From the NCBI GenBank assembly GCA_039915165.1, contig JBDSNU010000018.1, positions 232,617 to 292,059 on the forward strand: a DNA stretch of 59,443 bases, given 5' to 3'. Below the pieces are notes generated by a model, which did not search any database, was not told where the DNA came from, and saw only the letters and a list, made by a program, of their open reading frames with translations. Shown in pieces: positions 1-8,662 of the stretch (position 1 is its first letter; each line of letters begins with the position of its first letter). Origin of the DNA: Minisyncoccota bacterium (lineage in GTDB: Bacteria; Patescibacteriota; Minisyncoccia; Phycocordibacterales; UBA9973). The translations under genes were made by a program, and so were the position numbers.

Positions 1-1697
1 ATTTTGGTGCAGGTTCAAGAATGATGTGGATACCAAGTAATGGAGTTTTTCGTGTAGGAAATGTTGGAGGGGATAATTGGGATAGTGCAAATGTGGGGAA
101 TTATTCAATTGCAATGGGGCAAGATACTACAGCGTCTGGTGCTGCTTCACTTGCCTTAGGGGCAGGGACAACAGCCTCAGGCATAGTATCTGCAGCATTT
201 GGGGCTAATACAATTTCTTCAGGGTTTACTTCTACCGCTTTTGGAAATACAACCACTGCTTCTGCTTCCTATGCTACTTCGTTTGGTTTTACTACAATTG
301 CTTCAGGTATTGCCTCAACCTCATTTGGAAGCAATACCACAGCATCAGGATTAAATGCTGTTGCTTCCGGTTATACAACAAATGCTACTGGAGACTATTC
401 TACTTCTAATGGAGTTTTCACGAATGCAAACTCGTTCGCAAGTGTTGCTATTGGTCGATACAACGTTGGTGGTGGCAGTGCAACAACATGGGTCGGAACA
501 GACTCTCTGTTTGAAATTGGTAATGGTACTGATGTAGGGTCTGAATCTAATGCACTAACGGTATTGAAAAATGGTAATCTCGGTATTGGTACTACTACAC
601 CTGCATACAAGCTAGATGTAGTGTACACAACATCTGGAACAGTTGGTGAAAACTCTATTCGAGTTAAGAGTACAGGTTCTACTTCAACTTCTGAATTCCG
701 TTCTGAGAATGACCTCGGATACAGTGGTCGTTTATTCAAGCTCGGTTCTACATATAGCGCCTACAAAACTATTGCGGCGAACGATCTCGGTTTTTATAAC
801 TCACCACAGGCAGGAAATATAACAGTACTGAATGATTATTCAGGAGGAAAAATACTATTAGCTGCTGGTGGAAGCTCTGCTGCTCAAGTTACTCTTTTGC
901 CAAGTGGTTATTTGGGTATTAAGGCTACAGCTCCAGCATACCTCCTCCAGGTAGGTGATAGTAGCGTTGCTGGTATTGTAGCTCGTTTTGAAAACAGTAC
1001 GGGTACTTGTGATATTAATCCAACCACTTCATCACTAGTCTGTTCTTCTGATATGAACTTGAAGAAAAACATCACTCTTCTCGCGGATAATACTTCTGCT
1101 TGGAATTTTAATACTAATATTACATTTGCAAATCAGAGCGTGCTCAATAAATTACTTGCGCTTACTCCGGTAAACTATAACTGGAAAACAGAAGCAGATA
1201 GTGTTACGCGTCACCCTGGTTTTATTGCCCAAGAAGTTGAACAAGTATTTCCAGAACTCGTCTCAACTGATCCCATAACAGGGCTGAAATCTTTGAATTA
1301 CACAGGAATGATTCCCTATACTATTGAGGCAATAAAAGAAATGAATCTCAATATCCAAAATATTGATGACCTCACAAAAACTAATAGTTGGAGAGACTCA
1401 ATTATTACTTGGCTAGCTGATAGTAAGAACGGTATTACCAGTATCTTTAGTAAACAAGTTATTACTCCAACATTATGTGTTGGTACAACTGATGACAAGA
1501 CATGTATTACCAAAGCCCAACTCGATCAGTTGCTTCACCAACAGACAAATAGTGGTGCACCACAAACCACGGTTTCGACTAGCTCACCGCAAGCAACCGT
1601 TATTTCTCCTACACCTGATTCAACTGCGACACAAACTCCTGCAACAGAAGCACCTATAGTGACTCCTCCTACAGTTGAAGAAACACCTGCTGAATAA
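1..1697 (+). CDS. Large surface/tail-fibre-like protein, C-terminal part (YadA-like repeats, GIGTTTP repeats, peptidase S74 intramolecular chaperone, Pro/Thr-rich tail); 5' end lies outside the window
   Basis: The frame is open upstream of ATG 21 (FGAGSR-MMWIPS). It carries ~14-aa repeats ASGxxSTAFGxxTT, the motifs LFEIGNGT..NALTVLKNGN and GIGTTTP, the S74 signature SSDMNLKKNI...GFIAQEVEQVFPELV, and a P/T-rich C-terminus. Confidence 0.8.
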   Translation, partial: FGAGSRMMWIPSNGVFRVGNVGGDNWDSANVGNYSIAMGQDTTASGAASLALGAGTTASGIVSAAFGANTISSGFTSTAFGNTTTASASYATSFGFTTIASGIASTSFGSNTTASGLNAVASGYTTNATGDYSTSNGVFTNANSFASVAIGRYNVGGGSATTWVGTDSLFEIGNGTDVGSESNALTVLKNGNLGIGTTTPAYKLDVVYTTSGTVGENSIRVKSTGSTSTSEFRSENDLGYSGRLFKLGSTYSAYKTIAANDLGFYNSPQAGNITVLNDYSGGKILLAAGGSSAAQVTLLPSGYLGIKATAPAYLLQVGDSSVAGIVARFENSTGTCDINPTTSSLVCSSDMNLKKNITLLADNTSAWNFNTNITFANQSVLNKLLALTPVNYNWKTEADSVTRHPGFIAQEVEQVFPELVSTDPITGLKSLNYTGMIPYTIEAIKEMNLNIQNIDDLTKTNSWRDSIITWLADSKNGITSIFSKQVITPTLCVGTTDDKTCITKAQLDQLLHQQTNSGAPQTTVSTSSPQATVISPTPDSTATQTPATEAPIVTPPTVEETPAE

Positions 1698-1720
1698 CGA
1701 TTATGATAAAATGAGTCTAT

Positions 1721-2554
1721 ATGGACTCGAAACTAAAAACAGCCTTTATTAAGACTGTTAAAGAATATTACAAAAAACATGGACGGCATGATTTGCCTTG
1801 GCGTCTGACCATTGATCCCTACAAGATCACTGTGTCTGAAGTAATGCTGCAACAAACTCAGGTGGCTCGTGTGATTGAAAAATACCACGAGTTTTTAAAG
1901 GCATTCCCTACAGTGAAAAAGCTAGCAACTGCACCTTTGCAAGAAGTATTACTGCATTGGAGCGGACTTGGATATAATCGCCGTGCTAGATTTTTGCAAC
2001 GCATGGCACAGAGTGTCATCGAAAATCATAATAGTATTTTCCCTCAAACATTCGAAGAGCTATTGAAACTTCCGGGTGTCGGACATTATACGGCGGGAGC
2101 AATCTCAGCATTTGCATACAATAAGCCAATTACTATTATCGAAACAAATATTCGTACAGTGTATCTGCACCACTTTACTCCTTCACTACGCTCAGGACTT
2201 GCGGCGCAAAATGAAATATCAGACAAAGAATTATTACCACTGATCGAACAGACACTCGATGTCAAAAACCCCCGGGAATGGTATTGGGCATTGATGGACT
2301 ATGGATCATATTTAAAATCTACCGGCGTTAAAATTCATCGCACTAGTGCGCAATATAAAAAACAGAAATCATTCAAAGGATCTCTGCGAGAAGTGCGAGG
2401 AGGTATCGTGAAAATTCTGACTAAAGAATCTGCAACCGCAGCCAAACTAGAGAAACAACTTTCTTTTGAAACTGGTCGCATTGAACATGCGCTGCAGCAA
2501 TTATTGCAAGAAGAATTTATTATCAAGAAAGGGAAGTCGTATTCGATTAAGTAG
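1721..2554 (+). CDS. mutY: A/G-specific adenine glycosylase MutY-like (HhH-GPD), short form without Fe-S cluster
   Basis: Motifs GRHDLPWR, SEVMLQQTQV, WSGLGYNRRA and HhH LPGVGHYTAGAI are present. There is no Cys cluster. Confidence 0.85.
   Translation: MDSKLKTAFIKTVKEYYKKHGRHDLPWRLTIDPYKITVSEVMLQQTQVARVIEKYHEFLKAFPTVKKLATAPLQEVLLHWSGLGYNRRARFLQRMAQSVIENHNSIFPQTFEELLKLPGVGHYTAGAISAFAYNKPITIIETNIRTVYLHHFTPSLRSGLAAQNEISDKELLPLIEQTLDVKNPREWYWALMDYGSYLKSTGVKIHRTSAQYKKQKSFKGSLREVRGGIVKILTKESATAAKLEKQLSFETGRIEHALQQLLQEEFIIKKGKSYSIK
2179..2199 (+). repeat. REP-like palindrome family A, in frame in mutY (PSLRSG)
   Basis: tccttcactacgctcaggact; five related copies in the window. Confidence 0.7.
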
Positions 2555-2598
2555 TTACTTCAGATTTTCTTTACTTACCATGCGTATAATGGTCGGTT

Positions 2599-3000
2599 GT
2601 GGAAAAAGATTATAAAAAGGAAATAGAAAGAATTAGAAAAGTATACAAAAAAATCCAAGATACGTATTGTCCAGTGTTGTTTTCAAAAATAACTTTTAAC
2701 GGACAAGGATTTCACCATTTACGATATCATGGAGGTGGTAGGTCTAGGACTGTTGAGGATACATTATATAAAATAAAACTTTTTCCATACATACTACCTG
2801 TAATCATCAACTCTCGAAAGATAGTTGGATATAAAAAAGTACTCGAACCACAAAATCGGACGAATATAAGACCTCAAAAAGAAGTAGAATATTGGGCAAT
2901 CGTTGCAGAAGATAAAAAACTTCATAATATTAAGGTTATTCTAAAAAGAATCGGCAAAGGCAAACTTATGTTCTGGAGTGTGATGAAAACAAAGAAATAA
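2599..3000 (+). CDS. Small basic hypothetical protein, putative BECR/RelE-like RNase fold
   Basis: 133 aa with GTG start 8 nt after TATAAT (2585-2590). Motifs FNGQGFHHL, YWAIV, IKVILKR and MFWSV give a helix-His followed by a beta-meander pattern. Confidence 0.6.
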   Translation: MEKDYKKEIERIRKVYKKIQDTYCPVLFSKITFNGQGFHHLRYHGGGRSRTVEDTLYKIKLFPYILPVIINSRKIVGYKKVLEPQNRTNIRPQKEVEYWAIVAEDKKLHNIKVILKRIGKGKLMFWSVMKTKK

Positions 3001-3030
3001 AAAACACCTTTAAAAAAGGTGATTTTTATT
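2998..3030. terminator. Bidirectional intrinsic terminator shared by the 2599-3000 gene and small RNA 1
   Basis: Hairpin aaaaacacc-tttaaaaaa-ggtgattttt with A and T tracts on both sides. Confidence 0.7.
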
Positions 3031-3092
3031 GTGCTTGGCTTCGGCTTTAGAAATTGCTTTCGTGTCCGAACAAGTCTTACGACCACAAGCAC
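3031..3092 (-). ncRNA. Putative ~62-nt structured small RNA (sRNA1), family unknown
   Basis: Minus-strand TTGACA (3128-3123), 18-nt spacer, TATTAT (3104-3099). The predicted start at 3092 is the first base of a 7-bp closing stem GUGCUUG/CAAGCAC. Internal hairpins are GUC-GUAA-GAC, UUCGG/CCGAA and GAAA-GCAA-UUUC. The terminator follows immediately. Confidence 0.7.
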
Positions 3093-3098
3093 ATTTCT

Positions 3099-3128
3099 AT
3101 AATATCGTAAAAGTATAAATATTGTCAA
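3099..3128 (-). promoter_or_regulatory. sigma70-type promoter of sRNA1
   Basis: TTGACA-N18-TATTAT on the minus strand, starting 1 nt after the MFS stop codon. Confidence 0.7.
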
Positions 3129-3129
3129 C

Positions 3130-4290
3130 TTAACGAATATCAATTAATCTGATTGTATAAAGCGCCCCTGTTAATAAGAGGATGCCTAGGACAATAAATA
3201 GCACTGAGTAAGAAGTTTTTATAATAATCAGCCAGCCCAGAAGTGGAGCGATAACATATGCAAGAGGATGCATCATTGTATATACGCTGACAATGCCTTC
3301 ATCTTGATCAGTAATCTGTTTAAAGAAATATGTTTCAGAGAGCACTTCTACCATACAAATCCCTACGCGAGTACAAAATAGTATAGCCGCATAGATGATA
3401 ATGGAATGGGTATGTTGATGAGCGAGAGCAAAGGCTATAGTACTAATACCGGCAAAAGTAAAACCAAAAAGCAATAATTTTTTCTCGCCAACTTTGTCGG
3501 ACAATTTGCCTACCTGATATTGGAACAATACGAATGCCAATAGCATTACTGAGAATGCGCTACCGATCTGTGTCCAGTTGAAGTGCAATACTCGCGACAT
3601 GTATAGCGGAGTAAACACAGTCATCCAGACATAAAAGAATTGCAGGAGAAAGTTTATCGAGAGTATGCGACGCAATGAAGGAGATTTTTTAATAACATTC
3701 CATGCTGCAGGAATGGTTGCTTCTACATAGGGCCGGTCAATGAATGTTCTTTGACTATACGCAACGGTTATTAATCCGATGAAGAGTAGTACTGCGGCAA
3801 CAATGTAAACGCTACCAATGCTAATCCTTGCGACTAGTAAGCCAGTGAATACTGGCATAACAGCTACTGCACTATTTACTATAGTGAGATACATACCGCG
3901 CGTGTGTCCTGCTGTACGGGCATCTGTGTAGTGAGCAACAAAGAGATCACTACAATACCAAATAGTGCTTGTAAGGGCGCTGTAGAGCACGAAAACAGTA
4001 GTAAATACCAAGGGTGTTGCTGTACTGCCCAATAAAAACATTGCCCCTGATAGTAATGCAAAAATAGTTACTGAAGTTTTTACCAAACCAAATGATTTGA
4101 TGATACGCGGCAAGATAAATAATAGTATCAATGAGCCCATTGCTCCAAAGACATAAAATAGACTGGTGTATTCGCCATTAACAAACCGCTCCAAAGCAGT
4201 TGAGTTAATGTACATAACGATTGACCAGTGCGCGAAAAAGAGAAACGAGACAAGAAATATTGGTCGTAACGCTTTTGAGCTACTCTGCAT
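3130..4290 (-). CDS. MFS transporter
   Basis: 386 aa with ~12 hydrophobic segments; motif A-like GKLSDKVGEKK in the second half. Confidence 0.85.
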   Translation of the reverse strand: MQSSSKALRPIFLVSFLFFAHWSIVMYINSTALERFVNGEYTSLFYVFGAMGSLILLFILPRIIKSFGLVKTSVTIFALLSGAMFLLGSTATPLVFTTVFVLYSALTSTIWYCSDLFVAHYTDARTAGHTRGMYLTIVNSAVAVMPVFTGLLVARISIGSVYIVAAVLLFIGLITVAYSQRTFIDRPYVEATIPAAWNVIKKSPSLRRILSINFLLQFFYVWMTVFTPLYMSRVLHFNWTQIGSAFSVMLLAFVLFQYQVGKLSDKVGEKKLLLFGFTFAGISTIAFALAHQHTHSIIIYAAILFCTRVGICMVEVLSETYFFKQITDQDEGIVSVYTMMHPLAYVIAPLLGWLIIIKTSYSVLFIVLGILLLTGALYTIRLIDIR

Positions 4291-4291
4291 A

Positions 4292-6217
4292 TTATGAAGA
4301 GAGGATTACTGGCAGCACTAGTGGACGTTTTGCTGTCTGTTGGAAGAGATATTTAGAAACGATATCTGCAACAATGTTTTTGATCTGATCAATGTTTGGT
4401 TGCTGCTGACCTTTTGTTTCTTGTTCAATAGTACGCTTGATCAACGCACGTGTGTGACGAACAAGTTCTTGAGATTCTTTTAAATACACGAATCCACGAG
4501 AGATAATATCTGGAGATTTTTTAAGTAGACCAGTTTTGCTGTCGAGTAATGCTACGACAACGAACATACCATCTTCTGCTAGCATTTGACGATCGCGAAT
4601 CACCACGTTTTGTTCATCGCCAACAGAGAAGCCATCAACCATCATAGGTGCAGACGGCGCTTTCTCTTTACGGACACTGATCTTTGTACCACCATCAGTG
4701 ATTTCAATAATTGATCCATTGTCTGGCACAACGATATGATCTTCTGCCATACCCATTTCCATCACCAAGTCCTTGTGGAGCTGCAGACGGTAGTGGTTAC
4801 CGTGAATTGGAATGAAGAACTTCTCATGCATCTTGCGGTGCAACCAACGTACGTCTTCTTTGTTACCGTGTCCTGTTGCGTGAACATATTCTTCGCCAGG
4901 AGTACGGTATCCAATGATCTTGATTCCTTGTCGAGCAATACCATCTTTCATTTTTTCGATAGCACGTTCGTTACCAGGAATGATTGAAGATGAAAGAATA
5001 ACAGTGTCACCTTTCTTCAGAGAAAAGTTTTTGTCAGTCTTGTTTGCTGCACGATTAAGTCCAGAAAATTCTTCACCTTGTCCACCTGTTGAAAGGATAA
5101 GGATTTTGTGTGCCGGGTACTTATCAATATCAGTCATTGGAATAATAGTGTCCTTTGCAGGCTTCAACAAACCAGCTTCGATAGCGATATCGATGTTAGT
5201 TTTCATTGAGCGGCCATTAAGAGCAACTTTCTTACCAAGCTCTTCTGCTGTCTTGATCAATCCGATCAATCGAGTGATGTGTGATGCAAAGGCAGCAATG
5301 ATGATACGTCCATTGATACGGCGCAAAATATTTGCGAGACCTGTGTGAACTTTTGATTCAGCAAGAGAGAAGCCTTCGTTTTCGATGTTGGTAGAGTCCG
5401 TCATCAAAAGCAATACTTTTGCAGTATCAAAATACTTGTATGCTTTTTCTTCTTCAGCACTAACTACGCCATCGATCTGATCGAGCTTATAGTCACCAGG
5501 GTTCACAATATCCCCAAATGGTGTTTCGATGATCACACCCATTGAGTCTGGAATAGTATGAGTTACGCCCCAGAAACGAACTTTGATATTACCAAGAGTT
5601 ATTGACTCATCTTTTTCAACAATAACAGTATTGATAGCAGGAAGTGTAGGGAATTCACTCTGACGTTTCTTCAGCATCAAGACACTGAGGTTACGAGAAT
5701 ACACTGGTGGATTACCGATACGTGAAAGTACCAACGGTACGCCGCCGATGTGGTCAAGGTGCCCGTGAGTAATGATCAATGCGCGGATTTTGTCCTTGCG
5801 TTCCTCGAGGTATCGAGTATTAGGGATGATGTAGTCAACACCAGGAGTATTTTCATTAGAGAAGTGCATACCAGCATCGATAACAATGATGTCGTCACCG
5901 ATTTCGATAGCAGTCATGTTTTTTCCGATTTCTTCTACGCCACCAAGAGGTATAACGCGAATAGTACCTGGTTCTGGGTCAGGGATGTGAGCAGTTTTTC
6001 GTTCTGATATTTCAGTAACTGCGCCAACTTCTGGCTTTGGCCATGCTGGACGACGCTGTCTGTCATGAGGACGGCGGCCGTTAGCGAATGAGCGCTTTGG
6101 TTTAGTAGCAGCAGTTTGTCCTGAAGTAGTTGCATCAGTCGCTCGGCTTGGAGGAGTTGAAGTACGTGGTGCTGGTCGTGTAAAGAGTTCTTTTTTTGGT
6201 TGATTGTTTGGTTCCAT
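4292..6217 (-). CDS. rnj: Ribonuclease J
   Basis: PLGGVEEIGKNMT, THGHLDHIGG (MBL motif), THTIPD, HATGHG and PIHG; low-complexity N-terminal extension. Confidence 0.95.
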   Translation of the reverse strand: MEPNNQPKKELFTRPAPRTSTPPSRATDATTSGQTAATKPKRSFANGRRPHDRQRRPAWPKPEVGAVTEISERKTAHIPDPEPGTIRVIPLGGVEEIGKNMTAIEIGDDIIVIDAGMHFSNENTPGVDYIIPNTRYLEERKDKIRALIITHGHLDHIGGVPLVLSRIGNPPVYSRNLSVLMLKKRQSEFPTLPAINTVIVEKDESITLGNIKVRFWGVTHTIPDSMGVIIETPFGDIVNPGDYKLDQIDGVVSAEEEKAYKYFDTAKVLLLMTDSTNIENEGFSLAESKVHTGLANILRRINGRIIIAAFASHITRLIGLIKTAEELGKKVALNGRSMKTNIDIAIEAGLLKPAKDTIIPMTDIDKYPAHKILILSTGGQGEEFSGLNRAANKTDKNFSLKKGDTVILSSSIIPGNERAIEKMKDGIARQGIKIIGYRTPGEEYVHATGHGNKEDVRWLHRKMHEKFFIPIHGNHYRLQLHKDLVMEMGMAEDHIVVPDNGSIIEITDGGTKISVRKEKAPSAPMMVDGFSVGDEQNVVIRDRQMLAEDGMFVVVALLDSKTGLLKKSPDIISRGFVYLKESQELVRHTRALIKRTIEQETKGQQQPNIDQIKNIVADIVSKYLFQQTAKRPLVLPVILSS

Positions 6218-6246
6218 ATAATTTATTATTTAAAAATTTTCATTAG

Positions 6247-7713
6247 TTATTTCTGTTGCGTACTAGTATCTTTTCTAAACCATTTCCAGAGCTTGTCAGT
6301 ATTGGTATACCAGTCTTTCACATCTTCATACTCCGTTGTGGGAGATTCTAATGTGTTAGAAATAATTGTATGAGTAGTAGTATTGAAAACGTAGGGTAGT
6401 GCTTCTGTATATAACGGTAATGCGATTGAGTATTGAGCCGGAATAGTGACATCGCTACTGCGTGCAAGGAATACTGAAAATCCACCTGCTGTTATATTTT
6501 TTTGAAATGCCCCAGGGTCAAATGCTTTCACTGAAACATTGGCACCAATTTTTTGGAGTTGTTGTGCAAGCGTTTGTGCTGCGAGCAACATCTGAGGATC
6601 ATTTTCGACTGCAATAGAGAATCCCGGAATTGAGATAGTCTTGTTTGTTCGAGTTGCAGTACCTGCCTGAGCAGGATTTGTAAGCACTCCTGACGGAGTT
6701 CCATAACCGTATACAACTGTATCAACTATAGCTTTTTTGTCAATAGATTGGTTTATTGTGCTGATAGTAGAAGGGTTTGCTAGAGCTGAATCATTTGATG
6801 ATCGGTATAAGTTTACACCTTCATTGGTTGTTACGGTAGTGTTAATAAGTGATGTCGGTAGGTTATTGAGACTTACTGTTTCTGGCGTTAGTGAATAGGT
6901 GAAATCGATATCGCCGTTTGTGATAGCAGAGAGCAGTTCTGTTTGGTTGGCATACGTTGCAAGTGTCAGTGTTCTCAACAGTGCTTGTCCGCCGATAAAA
7001 TACTTGTTGCGCTTGAGTGTCACACTTGAAGGCATGCCATCTGTGTAAGAAATACTACTTACCTTGAATGCGCCAGATCCCACTGGGTGAAGATTTTGCT
7101 TGGCAGTAGTAAATGATTCATCAGGAATAGTTGTCCAAATATGTTTAGGTAAAATATTGAATGACATACGAGAGATGAAAGTCACATCTGGTGCAGGAAG
7201 TGTAAATATAACTGTTTGAGCATCAGGCGTTTCAATAGTAATGTTTTGCCAGTATTCACTAGAGTGACTAATAGTCGCGTCTTGCATTTTTTGTACAGTA
7301 AATGCCACATCGTCACTAGTTAATGGCTTACCATCACCGAAACGAAGTCCTGGGTGCAATGTTAGGGTAATTATTTTGCCATCAGGAGAGAACGAATATG
7401 TGTCGATATCATCAGTAAGATTGCCGTATACCAAAGCAATGAGCCGCTGATCTGTTTCTGTTGTGGCGAGTAGTGGATTAATAAAACGCGGGGCACCGAT
7501 CACACCTTCTGTTAAATTGCCGCCCTGAGCAGGGAGTTCAACGAGATATTTTTTATTGATAGTAATTATTAAAAGAAAGACTGTGGCACATAGTGCAAAA
7601 AACACTCCATAAAATAATGCTGCCAGTCCAGTCAAAGGCCATCGCAATAGTGTGCGAAGCGTTTTTGCATGTGGAAATTTTTTTGTAATAAGAAAAGAGG
7701 AAAAAGACGCCAT
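6247..7713 (-). CDS. Family-5 (peptide/nickel-type) ABC substrate-binding protein with N-terminal membrane anchor
   Basis: EGVIGAPRFINPL, LTSDDVAFT, PVGSGAFKV and LKRNKYF; N-terminal TM segment. Confidence 0.75.
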   Translation of the reverse strand: MASFSSFLITKKFPHAKTLRTLLRWPLTGLAALFYGVFFALCATVFLLIITINKKYLVELPAQGGNLTEGVIGAPRFINPLLATTETDQRLIALVYGNLTDDIDTYSFSPDGKIITLTLHPGLRFGDGKPLTSDDVAFTVQKMQDATISHSSEYWQNITIETPDAQTVIFTLPAPDVTFISRMSFNILPKHIWTTIPDESFTTAKQNLHPVGSGAFKVSSISYTDGMPSSVTLKRNKYFIGGQALLRTLTLATYANQTELLSAITNGDIDFTYSLTPETVSLNNLPTSLINTTVTTNEGVNLYRSSNDSALANPSTISTINQSIDKKAIVDTVVYGYGTPSGVLTNPAQAGTATRTNKTISIPGFSIAVENDPQMLLAAQTLAQQLQKIGANVSVKAFDPGAFQKNITAGGFSVFLARSSDVTIPAQYSIALPLYTEALPYVFNTTTHTIISNTLESPTTEYEDVKDWYTNTDKLWKWFRKDTSTQQK

Positions 7714-7755
7714 AGAGATGGTGCCTCACCTTTATCTGTTAGAGGTAAAAGGAAG

Positions 7756-7971
7756 TTAGAGAGCGATTACCCAAATAGAGAGGGCAGCGAAGAGAACAGC
7801 TACTATAATAGTCAGAACGAACAAAACGCGTTCGAGACCTCGTCGAGTTTGAAAAGCTGACATGCTATCGCCGAAGTTACTGCCAGTATCTCCGCTAGGG
7901 CGCTGAAGAAGTATCAAAGCAATAAGTGCGATGCCGGTGATTAATTGAAGACTGTGTAGCGTTGCTGTCAT
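7756..7971 (-). CDS. secG: Preprotein translocase subunit SecG
   Basis: 71 aa, two TM segments, LILLQRPSGDTGSNFG and TRRGLERVL. Upstream promoter TTGCAT-N17-TATGAT. Confidence 0.85.
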   Translation of the reverse strand: MTATLHSLQLITGIALIALILLQRPSGDTGSNFGDSMSAFQTRRGLERVLFVLTIIVAVLFAALSIWVIAL

Positions 7972-8050
7972 AGGTGAAACGTTGATATCATATCAGAAAA
8001 GAGGCGAGGATGCAATTTTCTAATCTTTATTTTGAGGGAGAAAAAAGTAC

Positions 8051-8079
8051 TTGACAAATATGTATAAAGGTGCTATGAT
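8051..8079 (+). promoter_or_regulatory. Near-consensus sigma70 promoter driving an uncharacterised transcript
   Basis: TTGACA (8051-8056), 17-nt spacer, TGc-TATGAT (-10 at 8074-8079). Confidence 0.8.
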
Positions 8080-8085
8080 GTACTC

Positions 8086-8445
8086 AGACCGGTCATAAAG
8101 ATCGTGTACATTAAATCCGCGACAATCATGCGTAACAAATCACCATCAACGAGTATTTTGTACATGGCAGTTATCTGCACACAAAATATATTTTAACTTA
8201 CCGGCGCCGGGGCCCGCGACACTACAGTGTTGAAGGGGCACACTACAGCCTCCAAAAGAAAGGAAGCAAATGAAACGCGTATTAAAACCTCCACGATGAG
8301 GACTACAAAGAGAGATCTTTGACCAACAGTTCAATGTTTAACCATTATGACGGGCATTCACAAGATGCCCGCCCGCACACAACGAGTCTGAAAGGACCAC
8401 ACACATATATATAACCGATTCTCATTAGAGGATCGGTTTTTTTAT
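8086..8445 (+). ncRNA. Putative ~330-nt structured non-coding RNA, family unknown
   Basis: Bounded by the promoter and a terminator, with no plus-strand ORF longer than ~26 aa that I could find. Long-range stem 8091-8103/8314-8324, plus hairpins gcag-ttat-ctgc and cgggcat-tcacaag-atgcccg. Confidence 0.55.
8413..8445 (+). terminator. Intrinsic terminator
   Basis: aaccgattctc-attag-aggatcggtt followed by a T tract. Confidence 0.75.
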
Positions 8446-8504
8446 TATCGTGTGCTATGCTTTTACTAAATAAACAGATTCGTAAACAATTAAATTAATT
8501 TTGT

Positions 8505-8612
8505 ATGAAAAATTACTGTGGAATTGGAAAAGATTCACCAATCGGAAGTTCGCCAATTAAAAATGGTGTAGGTACTAAAGACACAATGCTGTCCGGTGGC
8601 GTCAAAGGGTAA
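8505..8612 (+). CDS. Putative 35-aa small peptide MKNYCGIGKDSPIGSSPIKNGVGTKDTMLSGGVKG
   Basis: Below the ORF-track cut-off. It has an upstream extended -10 (TGc-TATGCT, ~8452-8460), an A-rich leader and a downstream terminator. Confidence 0.45.
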   Translation: MKNYCGIGKDSPIGSSPIKNGVGTKDTMLSGGVKG

Positions 8613-8630
8613 TCACAGAATTTCCCTAAG

Positions 8631-8662
8631 CAAAAACTCTCAGAATATATCTGAGAGTTTTT
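8631..8662. terminator. Bidirectional terminator between the small ORF and the capA-like gene
   Basis: aaaaactctcaga-atata-tctgagagttttt. Confidence 0.8.

Noticed and set aside
85-430. Periodic ~42-bp pattern as a CRISPR array or DNA repeat element
   Set aside because: It is degenerate and explained by the 14-aa protein repeats of the surface protein. There are no identical repeats with unique spacers.
3031-3092. c-di-GMP-I riboswitch-like words (GGAC..AAAGC..TCTAAAG) in sRNA1
   Set aside because: The stem order and the GGCAAA element do not fit, and no gene lies downstream on the same strand.
8086-8445. Calling the long RNA a canonical tmRNA, RNase P RNA, group I intron or hammerhead
   Set aside because: There is no GGGG..TTCGAC 5' end, T-arm or CCA acceptor, and no GAGGAAAGTCC. 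CGATGAG (~8294) lacks the CUGA core. A GACTA/AGTC P7-like pairing exists, but the other group I elements are not convincing.
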